A DNA stretch of 42,012 nucleotides from a virus: positions 1 through 42,012 of IMG/VR virus record IMGVR_UViG_3300031539_000101; one strand, written 5' to 3'. The stretch's first letter is position 1. Every line of letters begins with the position of its first letter. Below are positions 32,504 through 39,312 of this stretch, in pieces. Made by a program: the position numbers and the translations under genes. The notes beneath the pieces are model-generated. The model made no database searches, had not been told where the DNA came from, and saw only the letters and a program-made list of their open reading frames with translations.

Positions 32504-32701
32504 TTACTCAGTCTCCTTGATTTCTATCGCAGCGTTGCCGCACCACGGGCAATACTGGAACGGTTCGATTGCTCCAGCCCCAACGACACCAACGAACGGG
32601 ATAGACTTCTCTCCGTCAGTTGCCGTTCCAACAACCACATCACCTTTAGTTATCGCAAATCGCATAAACATGCACGCGCACGGTACTCCTATTAGCTTCA
32701 T
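32504..32701 (-). CDS. Stand-alone CPWCG domain protein (paralog of the C-terminus of 31722..32282)
   Basis: 65 aa. ..IGVPCACMF..ITKG....FQYCPWCGNAAIEIKETE parallels ..IGEPCSCRG..ITRG....FQWCPWCGNAAIEIKEVEDE. Confidence 0.65.
   Translation of the reverse strand: MKLIGVPCACMFMRFAITKGDVVVGTATDGEKSIPFVGVVGAGAIEPFQYCPWCGNAAIEIKETE
32513..32563. repeat. 51-bp repeat, partner of 31737..31787
   Basis: See 31737..31787. Confidence 0.9.
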
Positions 32702-32743
32702 GCTTCCCCCTTGCCGCCCTTCACGATCCGCCCCTTGATAAGG

Positions 32744-33181
32744 TCATATCAACAACCCTAGCTCGCTTGGCAATTTGCTTCCTTTGCTTAGGTTGCACAT
32801 CTTACATGCTACTGCCAGATTGGACGGCGTATGCTTCCCGCCTTTGGCAAAGGGGATGATGTGGTCAACGTGTCTCTCTCCCAAAGGAATCAACTCTCCA
32901 CACAGATAGCAGCGAACTCGTGGCGCTTCCTTGGCTCGTTTGTAGATGGCTTTGATCTCGGCTTTCTGGCTGAGAGTTGCGCCGATTAGTGCGCCTGCTT
33001 TCAATGCGCGTCGAGCTGCATATTTTGCTCTCTGCTCTGACTGATGGGCGGCAACATAAGCAGCGTTATAGGCTCTTCTCTCTTCCTTACGAGCCTCACG
33101 ATACGACTGTTTATCCTCGCGGTGCATAGCATCATATGTGGTTTGCCATGCGCGGCGCTTCTCAGAGTCTTTAAATGGCAT
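32744..33181 (-). CDS. HNH endonuclease
   Basis: 145 aa. CYLCGELIPLGERHVDHIIPFAKGGKHTPSNLAVACKMCNLSKG is a canonical HNH motif. The N-terminus is basic and helical. Confidence 0.85.
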   Translation of the reverse strand: MPFKDSEKRRAWQTTYDAMHREDKQSYREARKEERRAYNAAYVAAHQSEQRAKYAARRALKAGALIGATLSQKAEIKAIYKRAKEAPRVRCYLCGELIPLGERHVDHIIPFAKGGKHTPSNLAVACKMCNLSKGSKLPSELGLLI

Positions 33182-34049
33182 CGTAATTCTCCTCGCTCGC
33201 TGGCCTCACGGTGTGTCCTCTAATGAGATTAAACGCTTTCTCAATATCCGGTGTAGCTGCATGTAGTCCGATATCCTCAAGCTCGCCCGTCTTCGGGTCG
33301 TGAGTCATGTAGTGGGATCTCTTGCCGCTCTTCTTCCCCCTCATCTCTTCTACCGCCTTCCAGAAATCAGGCAACCGCTCTGCTAATCCAAGCAGCCGTT
33401 CTACTTCTTCATCCGGAGCTTTCCTTAAAGCATCAATCGCATTTATGTCAATGCCTCTTGCCGAACTCATGTCCTCGGTATTCAGCCAGTCTCCAATAGG
33501 CATCAGCTCAGTAGCCTCAGAGAACGTCACGCCGATGAGGGTTAGAAACGTTCTGAAGTCCGCCTTCGTGCCCATCTCCTTAATCTCCTGATTAACCCGG
33601 AACAGCTCAGGGCCTTTCCCCGGACGAAAGAAGGCAAGCGACTTCGCAAGGTCGAACTCGGCTTCATTCCGCCGGCGCAGCGCGTCAACCAACTGGGGAT
33701 ATTCATCAATGGCAGCCTTCCATAGCGGCCACTGATGGAAGAAGATTTGCTCATGCGGTATCGGACGGCGCTCGATGTCCATGATGTCTAGCAAGCGTTC
33801 TCTGCGGTCAAACCTAGCGATCACTAGCGGAGCGTGCTTAGAGCGGCCATCTACTAGATCGTGGCACGCAAAACATCCATAGAGCAACACATTCGGGTCG
33901 TTGCAGGGTGAGTCTTCGGATGCGCCGCCCATTCCCTGATGTCTGGGATGTACTATCATCGAGCCCTCAATGGGCGTGTCGTGGAATATCTCGCATAGCC
34001 CGCCACTCGCTTCGATTACGGCTTTCCGCGCTGCGTCACTTACTGGCAT
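33171..34049 (-). CDS. Protein with an N-terminal HNH-like Cys/His motif and an unknown C-terminal domain
   Basis: About 292 aa from MPVSDAARK (the track TTG start at 34097 has no SD). GGLCEIFHD....HPRHQGMGG....NDPNVLLYGCFACHDLVDG. Confidence 0.55.
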   Translation of the reverse strand: MPVSDAARKAVIEASGGLCEIFHDTPIEGSMIVHPRHQGMGGASEDSPCNDPNVLLYGCFACHDLVDGRSKHAPLVIARFDRRERLLDIMDIERRPIPHEQIFFHQWPLWKAAIDEYPQLVDALRRRNEAEFDLAKSLAFFRPGKGPELFRVNQEIKEMGTKADFRTFLTLIGVTFSEATELMPIGDWLNTEDMSSARGIDINAIDALRKAPDEEVERLLGLAERLPDFWKAVEEMRGKKSGKRSHYMTHDPKTGELEDIGLHAATPDIEKAFNLIRGHTVRPASEENYDAI

Positions 34050-34251
34050 CGTTGCTCTCTTTCCAGCGATCTCTCTCGAATAGAAGCCTTCCGTCAAGAG
34101 AGAAATACTGCTGAATCCTACGATAGGGATTCCCGTCTGTTCCGTCGCCCTTCATATCAAGGTTCGATTCGATGACTTGGATCACCTTGGCGTTAAACAC
34201 GGGCTGGCTTACAACAGCCTCCATAATGTGGCATTCTCTATCTTTCTTCAT
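34036..34251 (-). CDS. Hypothetical small protein
   Basis: 71 aa from MKKDRECHIMEAVV; AAGGAGGAGGA SD. Confidence 0.6.
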   Translation of the reverse strand: MKKDRECHIMEAVVSQPVFNAKVIQVIESNLDMKGDGTDGNPYRRIQQYFSLDGRLLFERDRWKESNDASK

Positions 34252-34271
34252 TCCTCCTCCTTGCTTCGGCG

Positions 34272-34481
34272 CTAACTGGCATCTGACACCTGCTCTCTGC
34301 ATTTCGTCACGAAGTATTGGAACCAACACGTATCCATCTGGTCTGTATACATGTGGCACACTTCAGAACACGGCTTTTCCCAAGGATCAATATCGTGAGT
34401 ATCGCTAGGGCACGATCCTGTAATATTTGCTATTTCACTGCACGCCAATGTCAGCGCGTCCATGAAGATCGCTCTTGACAT
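34272..34481 (-). CDS. Hypothetical Cys-rich small protein
   Basis: 69 aa containing 7 Cys. Its start overlaps the upstream stop (GTGATG). Confidence 0.55.
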   Translation of the reverse strand: MSRAIFMDALTLACSEIANITGSCPSDTHDIDPWEKPCSEVCHMYTDQMDTCWFQYFVTKCREQVSDAS

Positions 34482-34648
34482 CACTCCTCCTCTGCCTTCA
34501 TCTGCGCACGAATCGCCCGCTTCATCGCGGCGTTCATGCTCGTGGCCTCGCCGCGCTTCTGCTCCTCAAGATACGCGATAATGTCCGAGTCTTTCTTTTT
34601 TGAGCACCGCAGCGAGTAGAGCAGTGTTTCATCGTGTGTTGCTTCCAT
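34481..34648 (-). CDS. Hypothetical small protein, first gene after the structured leader
   Basis: 55 aa from MEATHDETLLYSLRCSKKKDSDIIAYLEEQKRGE; AGAGGAGG SD. The track extension to 34762 runs through the leader hairpin and has no SD. Confidence 0.6.
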   Translation of the reverse strand: MEATHDETLLYSLRCSKKKDSDIIAYLEEQKRGEATSMNAAMKRAIRAQMKAEEE

Positions 34649-34661
34649 GATACCTCCTCTT

Positions 34662-34771
34662 GGTGGTGCGGCTGCTTCCAATCCACATTCTCCCCCCCCA
34701 CGACCAGGATTCGGAAGGGTCTCTCTGTGGTAGCTATGTCCTGGAATCTCCGCTAGGATCACAGCCGCACC
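34662..34771 (-). promoter_or_regulatory. Structured element of about 110 nt in a long 5' leader (candidate cis-regulatory RNA)
   Basis: A perfect 10-bp closing helix pairs GGTGCGGCTG (34762..34771 on the minus strand) with CAGCCGCACC (34665..34674). An inner 6-bp helix is CCAGGA/TCCTGG. There is a G8 run (C8 on the plus strand, 34692..34699). The element ends 6 nt before the SD of 34481..34648. Confidence 0.4.
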
Positions 34772-34943
34772 ATGTATCGAACGACGGGCCGGGCGCTACT
34801 CCGGCTATGCGACAGTTAGCTGTCTTACGCTATACATACAGCCCCGACCGTGAATACTGTCGCCATTGGCCCACGGCACACTCCGTTTAGCGTGTCTGCT
34901 TTCCACGCCGCCGCCGTTCTATCTTGTCAAAGATCAATGACAC

Positions 34944-34972
34944 ATCATATCATACTGCGCGCCAAATGTCAA
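34944..34972 (-). promoter_or_regulatory. Near-consensus sigma70-type promoter
   Basis: Minus strand reads TTGACA (34967..34972), 17 nt, TATGAT (34944..34949). It is the best promoter match seen in the window. It opens a 320-bp non-coding gap. Confidence 0.55.
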
Positions 34973-35199
34973 ACAAGCGACAGCTGCCCCGTCTTGTCCA
35001 GGCTCCACCGGGCACATGACTTCTTCACACCTCGCTCGGTCGTCCAGTGCAGCGTCTCCGTCTCAATCGGCCAGCCGTCTTGACGCAGTTCGGTGATCCG
35101 CGCCGCTCCTTCAATGCAGCCGAACTGATCTAGGATGTCCAGCCGCGTCAGGGATTCGCCGCTCTTCAGTGCTGCGAGGATGTCACTCTTTTGGCTCAT
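34969..35199 (-). CDS. Winged-helix DNA-binding protein (HTH_39-like)
   Basis: 76 aa from MSQKSDILAALKSGESLTRLDILDQFGCIEGAARITELRQDGWPIETE, the usual pattern of this small phage wHTH family. Confidence 0.55.
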   Translation of the reverse strand: MSQKSDILAALKSGESLTRLDILDQFGCIEGAARITELRQDGWPIETETLHWTTERGVKKSCARWSLDKTGQLSLV

Positions 35200-35545
35200 C
35201 TTCAACCGCCTTGATAGCGCAGTAGCAGATTGTGCCGGGATCGACGCGAAACCCAAACCACATGTCGCCAAACTCTCCAACCGGACGATCCGCTTCATTC
35301 ATCACATGCAGGATCCGATGCTTCAATCCTCGCTTCTCAACCTCATCTAACACCAAAACACAGGCGTTACGATCGGTGGTGAACATAGGCAGTACAGTCG
35401 CATAGCCATTTGAATTGCACCAATCCATTTCTTGGTCGGGCGGAAGGAATTCTGGCTCGTTAAGCTTCATCCATCCCATTACTGTCTCCGCAACGATTGC
35501 ATCTTTGTCTCGCCGCTTCATCGCATCCCACTCAGCTTTGTTCAT
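35183..35545 (-). CDS. Phage ABA-sandwich-domain-like protein
   Basis: 120 aa. AIVAETVMGW.....LPMFTTDRNACVLVLDEVEKRG resembles the (VAEKVMGW...PxYSTDIAAAWEVVEK) family. Confidence 0.45.
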   Translation of the reverse strand: MNKAEWDAMKRRDKDAIVAETVMGWMKLNEPEFLPPDQEMDWCNSNGYATVLPMFTTDRNACVLVLDEVEKRGLKHRILHVMNEADRPVGEFGDMWFGFRVDPGTICYCAIKAVEDEPKE

Positions 35546-35546
35546 C

Positions 35547-35780
35547 TCACATCCCCTTTGCGTTCGTCAGGACGAATACGCCATCAACCTCTCGCTCCAC
35601 TTTATAGCGCGTCGGGCTGTGGCCATCGGTGCTCACAATCTGCCCTATCGCCGCCCTCAACTGCTTACGCACCACGTTCGTCTTAGCCTCAACGTGCAAT
35701 TCGTCAGGCAGGCGCGGTTCGTCCGGCTTGCTGACAGGAATATGCCAGCGGCAATAGGCGTCGCGGAAGTCAATTCTCAT
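35547..35780 (-). CDS. Hypothetical small protein
   Basis: 77 aa. Confidence 0.6.
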   Translation of the reverse strand: MRIDFRDAYCRWHIPVSKPDEPRLPDELHVEAKTNVVRKQLRAAIGQIVSTDGHSPTRYKVEREVDGVFVLTNAKGM

Positions 35781-36246
35781 TGTGATCCTTCAGCAACGCG
35801 ATAAGGCTGTAATAGGCAGCCCCGGCGTGAGTATACACCGCATTGCCCGACTTGACCGCCCACGCTATCATGGCATTTTGATCAGATGGGACAACAGTGC
35901 CAAGCGTATCCACTATCTCCCGCAGCTTCTCGACATCCACCAACACCTTGTCTGTGGGTAAGGTGAGGACAAGATCGGCTTCGTCTAGATCCAGCCTGAC
36001 AGCAATCACGTCTGAATCTTCTTGGTCGTACTTGCACTGGAGCGCATCGGCAGATAAGCACAAATTGTTCAGCACCTCTCTCATCGCCGCGTTATCCGTT
36101 TCCAGGGCAGCGAGTTCAGCTTCCATTGCATCTGGGTGTGCTGGATACCCATTCTTGACAACCTTCGCTATATCGCGATAGTGAATAGGCTTCCTAAATT
36201 GCCCGCGAAGATAGTCGATCCCTTCCCTAATCGCATCAGTCTTCAT
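35770..36246 (-). CDS. Hypothetical protein
   Basis: 158 aa; AAGGAGG SD. Confidence 0.65.
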   Translation of the reverse strand: MKTDAIREGIDYLRGQFRKPIHYRDIAKVVKNGYPAHPDAMEAELAALETDNAAMREVLNNLCLSADALQCKYDQEDSDVIAVRLDLDEADLVLTLPTDKVLVDVEKLREIVDTLGTVVPSDQNAMIAWAVKSGNAVYTHAGAAYYSLIALLKDHNEN

Positions 36247-37090
36247 CGTTCGCCTCCTTGTTCATCGCTTCCCTCTTCGCTCGTCTCCTCTCATCAGAGG
36301 CCGCGAATGAAGTCTCGTATACCTCCGCTCTGCGCCCGCCTGTCGTCATCAGCGAGGCCCCGCCATTCTTGCTCGGCATCTTCCCCGCCGCATAGTCTGC
36401 GATCCATCGTCGCACCGTGTTGACCTGCCACGTCACGCCCCACTCCACAAGGCGATCCATGCAGCCAGTTATCTGCGCGACTGTATACTCCTCATCAACA
36501 ACCATCGCCCTCATGCCTTGCTGGATTGGTAGCCATGCGTTGCCGCGAGGTCGTGCGCCTCGGATTGTGGCGTAGTGTTCGGTGAGGGTTGAGAGATCTT
36601 CTTTCGACATCGTTTTCGTCATTTCTTCTGGGCTTATACTTGTACCCTTACCAGTACTTATACCTTTACTTATACCTTGTGACCTAAGAAGGGGCATAGA
36701 AGCCCCTTCATAAGGGCTTGGCAAGTCAATCCCATTCAGCACCCTAGAAACATTCTCTGAAAAGCCTTCACGCTCTCTTAACAATCGGATGATCCCCTGA
36801 TGAGCCTTGTTATTCTCGTTGAGTTCCTTGTTGCCTTGGAAGCGAATGAACCTCTTGACCCAGACGCGATCCCCGTTCGTTTCGTAGCACCTCTCAAGCC
36901 CCTTCATTGCTTCTAGAATGTCTTGATGAGACACGCCTATCTCAAACGCTGCGCCCTCAAGATCAATCTCCCAGAATCCGGCGATGTCACAGCGGTCGTA
37001 CAGGTAGAGACACATCAGTTTTGCCGTTGGAGTGAGCTTTCGGAACCAAGGATCTTTCCATTTCTCTGAGTCTGTGAATCGCTTAGGCAT
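36236..37090 (-). CDS. Replisome organizer / DnaD-like replication initiation protein candidate
   Basis: 284 aa from MPKRFTDSEKWKDPWFRKLTPTAKLMCLYLYDRCDIAGFWEIDL, a typical N-terminus of phage replication organizer proteins. A low-complexity linker (SQGISKGISTGKGTS) separates it from a second domain. Confidence 0.55.
   Translation of the reverse strand: MPKRFTDSEKWKDPWFRKLTPTAKLMCLYLYDRCDIAGFWEIDLEGAAFEIGVSHQDILEAMKGLERCYETNGDRVWVKRFIRFQGNKELNENNKAHQGIIRLLREREGFSENVSRVLNGIDLPSPYEGASMPLLRSQGISKGISTGKGTSISPEEMTKTMSKEDLSTLTEHYATIRGARPRGNAWLPIQQGMRAMVVDEEYTVAQITGCMDRLVEWGVTWQVNTVRRWIADYAAGKMPSKNGGASLMTTGGRRAEVYETSFAASDERRRAKREAMNKEANDED
36632..36709. repeat. Iteron-like direct repeats plus an 8-bp-stem hairpin inside the replication gene (candidate origin)
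   Basis: acttatacctt occurs at 36656..36666 and 36668..36678, with a partial copy gcttatactt at 36632. Then comes gaaggggc-ataga a-gccccttc (36688..36709). Confidence 0.35.
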
Positions 37091-37628
37091 CACTCGCCGC
37101 CAACGGACCTGTCAACCATGCCCATTTCTTGCGTGTCGCAATGTGTCCAATATGCCGGACACTGACATTGTGCCGTTTTGCGATAGACCTTCTTGGTTCG
37201 CTACTAAGCGACGTCCATATATCGAGAACATCAGATTCAGTTAGCTTGGAGCCGCCAACCATTTCACCACGAACGTGCAGCCCCATCATTACCGCGTGAT
37301 CAACGTTCTCTTGGTTAGTAACATACTCTATATTCGTTATATGATTGTTTGATTTGTTTCCGTCCTTGTGGTTTGTCTCCATTCCACCAGCACGAGGACC
37401 GACGAAAGAAGCCATAACAAGACTATGTATAGTGAACGTCTTCGGCACGCCGTATTTGTGGAGGCCGACACGCACATATCCATCCCTGTCTGGTGTGCAT
37501 TTCAGAATCGTAGCAGTATCCCCGTAATTGCTGCGAACCCGCCCATGATTGCTCACATCATAGAAGCCTTCGTAACAAGGGATAGGCGTCCAGATTTCGC
37601 GCATTGATGGTTCGTTCTTTGTTCCCAT
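37083..37628 (-). CDS. Free-standing homing endonuclease (NUMOD4 + HNH_3, I-HmuI-like) with a C-terminal HTH
   Basis: 181 aa. WTPIPCYEGFYDVSNHGRVRS (NUMOD4), HSLVMASFVGPRAGGMETNHKDGNKSNNHITNIEYVTNQEN (HNH_3), and a C-terminal IAKRHNVSVRHIGHI. The sequence is visibly more AT-rich than its neighbours. Confidence 0.85.
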   Translation of the reverse strand: MGTKNEPSMREIWTPIPCYEGFYDVSNHGRVRSNYGDTATILKCTPDRDGYVRVGLHKYGVPKTFTIHSLVMASFVGPRAGGMETNHKDGNKSNNHITNIEYVTNQENVDHAVMMGLHVRGEMVGGSKLTESDVLDIWTSLSSEPRRSIAKRHNVSVRHIGHIATRKKWAWLTGPLAASDA

Positions 37629-37656
37629 TTACATCACCTCTGCTATTAGGTTGCAA

Positions 37657-37703
37657 GGGCGACCGCCTATAGCAGACGGCCTGGGAAGGCCGGGTGGCCG
37701 CCC
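37657..37703 (-). promoter_or_regulatory. GC-rich nested stem-loop upstream of the homing endonuclease gene
   Basis: The outer helix pairs 37657..37664 with 37696..37703 (one G-U pair, only when read as minus-strand RNA). The inner hairpin is ggcc-tgggaa-ggcc (37678..37691). Confidence 0.3.
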
Positions 37704-37720
37704 CGCTTCTAGATTATAGC

Positions 37721-38236
37721 TCATCCCGCCTCCGAATCCAAGCCAGCTTTCTTGCGGCGTCGATACTCGCGTTGATAGGCGTTGTGCCTCTCGGGATTTG
37801 CCGCCTGCCACTGGAGAGCACGTTTTGTCTTCATTGCCCTGAAGGAGGGACTTGACTCATACATTCGGTGGTAGTATCTCTTACTTTGGTCCCTGCTGTG
37901 AGCCAACACTTCTTCTGGGGTTAGCCTAGGAGGAGCAGCAATGCCATAATAGTGGCATATTTTTGCGACAGTTGTGATGCTAACGCCTAGTTCAACAGCA
38001 AGATCAGCATAGCATCTATGTTTCACGTCACGCTCTTGTCTTAGCCAGTCTATGTCAATCAGATCTTGCTTCCTCGGCTTGACGATGCCGAACTTCTTTG
38101 CTACCTGACGAACACGCTCACGTGACACACCGCACTCTTCTCCGATGTCCCTGAGCGTCCTCCGCTTGGCGACAAGTTCTTCTTCAAGCCATTCTTTGGA
38201 CAAGTGCAATGATGGTTTCGACGGATCTCTCTTCAT
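37721..38236 (-). CDS. DNA-binding regulator with two sigma-70-region-4-like HTH copies
   Basis: 171 aa from MKRDPSKP. Internal duplication: SKEWLEEELVAKRRTLRDIGEECGVSRERVRQVAKKFGI and DIDWLRQERDVKHRCYADLAVELGVSITTVAKICHYYGI. Confidence 0.6.
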   Translation of the reverse strand: MKRDPSKPSLHLSKEWLEEELVAKRRTLRDIGEECGVSRERVRQVAKKFGIVKPRKQDLIDIDWLRQERDVKHRCYADLAVELGVSITTVAKICHYYGIAAPPRLTPEEVLAHSRDQSKRYYHRMYESSPSFRAMKTKRALQWQAANPERHNAYQREYRRRKKAGLDSEAG

Positions 38237-38241
38237 CGGCA

Positions 38242-38282
38242 CCCTCCTCGCTATCCGCTCAATCTCCAACAACAACTAAACC
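38242..38282. repeat. 41-bp junction repeat, intergenic copy (partner 38516..38556, 39/41 identical)
   Basis: ccctcctcgctatccgctcaatctccaacaacaactaaacc. It fills the spacer between 38284 and 38236 and provides the SD GAGGAGGG. Confidence 0.9.
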
Positions 38283-38283
38283 A

Positions 38284-38511
38284 TTAGATCGTCCGCAAGA
38301 AAGCCTTGCGTTCACTATCAGACAATTCTCCATGTGCCCGCTTGCATTCGCTTTCCTCACAGGACGCATGAACGAGGCGCGTGTCAGGGATCATTTCCCC
38401 CGGCCAATGGCACGGGTGAGGCATCTTGTCCGCGCCGGGCAATCCACAAATTCCACAGATATCTTCCTCATCAACAACGATTCCCCCGGTTACTTGATCC
38501 TCTTTAGTCAC
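38284..38511 (-). CDS. Small Cys/His-rich protein (cassette flanked by the 41-bp repeat)
   Basis: 75 aa; GTG start overlapping the upstream stop (GTGA). CGICG...HPCH...HASCEESEC. Confidence 0.55.
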   Translation of the reverse strand: MTKEDQVTGGIVVDEEDICGICGLPGADKMPHPCHWPGEMIPDTRLVHASCEESECKRAHGELSDSERKAFLRTI

Positions 38512-38933
38512 CCCGCCCTCCTCGCTATCCGCTCAACCTCCAACAACAACTCAACCCGCGCCTCGTGCGCTGTCACTTCCGCGTCAATCGCCTTCAGCGT
38601 CAAGCCTCTTAGACGGTCGCTAGGCTCCTCGACATGTATTGGGCCTATCTCCGGCCCCGAGTTGATCTGTGGCCCCAATCCTTTCGACTTGGCATAGAAC
38701 GAGGTCACGTGTCGACATAGCACCCGCGCGTCACACGGACACGTCGTGTTCAGGATGGACTTGTCGCCAGGATCGTCAACGTGCGGCTTGATGTGGACGG
38801 TGTATACGTCCTCGGACGTGAACGATGTGACGTAGGCGAGGCTCTTGTCTTCAGGGTCAATCTGAACGTGGTCACGGAAGTCCGCTGGAAGGTCGTTGAT
38901 CTTGGCTAGGATATCAGCTACCAGAACGCGCAT
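38508..38933 (-). CDS. Hypothetical protein with a SWIM-like CxC...CxH motif
   Basis: 141 aa. TTCPCDARVLCRHV. The spacing is shorter than in the classical SWIM motif, so this call is tentative. Confidence 0.5.
   Translation of the reverse strand: MRVLVADILAKINDLPADFRDHVQIDPEDKSLAYVTSFTSEDVYTVHIKPHVDDPGDKSILNTTCPCDARVLCRHVTSFYAKSKGLGPQINSGPEIGPIHVEEPSDRLRGLTLKAIDAEVTAHEARVELLLEVERIARRAG
38516..38556. repeat. 41-bp junction repeat, coding copy (3' end of 38508..38933, ..ELLLEVERIARRA)
   Basis: See 38242..38282. Confidence 0.9.
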
Positions 38934-39256
38934 CACGCCACCTCAACCTGTTCTCCACACCACGCGCATGCCGGATAAGGGACATCGTCATCTGGTCCCA
39001 TAATTTCCCACGGACGGCCACAGAGAGAGCAGACTTCCTGAACGTCACGAACTACGCTCAATCCAAGGCTATCTTGAGAGCGGTGATCTCGGATAAACTC
39101 TTCCAATTCCTTCGCCCATTGTTCAAGGCTCTGTGCCATCTTCTCTTGATCTCTGCTATATCCGTAAGCCCAACGTGGAGGATGCGCTTCAACATGCACA
39201 TCGACCAGTCTTCTTCCCAACTTTGCCAATGCTTTCGTTTCTACTTTCTCGACCAT
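38933..39256 (-). CDS. Protein with a C-terminal Zn-ribbon
   Basis: 107 aa from MVEKVETKAL. CSLCG....CAWCGEQVEVA. The start is ATG-coupled (GTGATG) to the preceding 57-aa ORF. Confidence 0.65.
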   Translation of the reverse strand: MVEKVETKALAKLGRRLVDVHVEAHPPRWAYGYSRDQEKMAQSLEQWAKELEEFIRDHRSQDSLGLSVVRDVQEVCSLCGRPWEIMGPDDDVPYPACAWCGEQVEVA

Positions 39257-39312
39257 CACGCCTCCTCTACCTCGCCAGCCTCGCCGCAACTCGGACACCA
39301 GTATGACGGCAC
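39253..39312. repeat. 60-bp junction repeat, coding copy (partner 39722..39781, 55/60 identical)
   Basis: ccatcacgcctcctctacctcgccagcctcgccgcaactcggacaccagtatgacggcac. The minus strand reads VPSYWCPSCGEAGEVEEA stop, overlapping the next ATG. Confidence 0.9.

Noticed and set aside
34662-34771. tRNA-like appearance on the minus strand: a perfect acceptor-like helix followed by ACCA
   Set aside because: The element is about 110 nt long and has a 10-bp rather than 7-bp closing helix. It has no D-loop or T-loop (GTTCRANNC) consensus and no plausible anticodon arm. The ACCA runs straight into the SD of the next gene. It is kept only as a candidate leader structure.
37629-37811. 60-aa minus-strand ORF in the spacer before the homing endonuclease
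   Set aside because: It overlaps the 3' end of the HTH regulator gene out of frame and runs through the GC-rich hairpin. It has no SD and a Gly/Arg/Pro-rich composition.
3396-38275. Long N-terminal extensions given by the ORF track (e.g. 3396..3842, 3888..4424, 17123..17815, 20801..21235, 26771..27118, 27476..27769, 31722..32438, 34481..34762, 34969..35298, 37721..38275, 38933..39298, 39429..39809)
   Set aside because: In each case an internal ATG has a strong GGAGG-type SD and abuts or overlaps the upstream stop. The extension overlaps the previous gene or a repeat relic and looks non-coding. The shorter starts were used.
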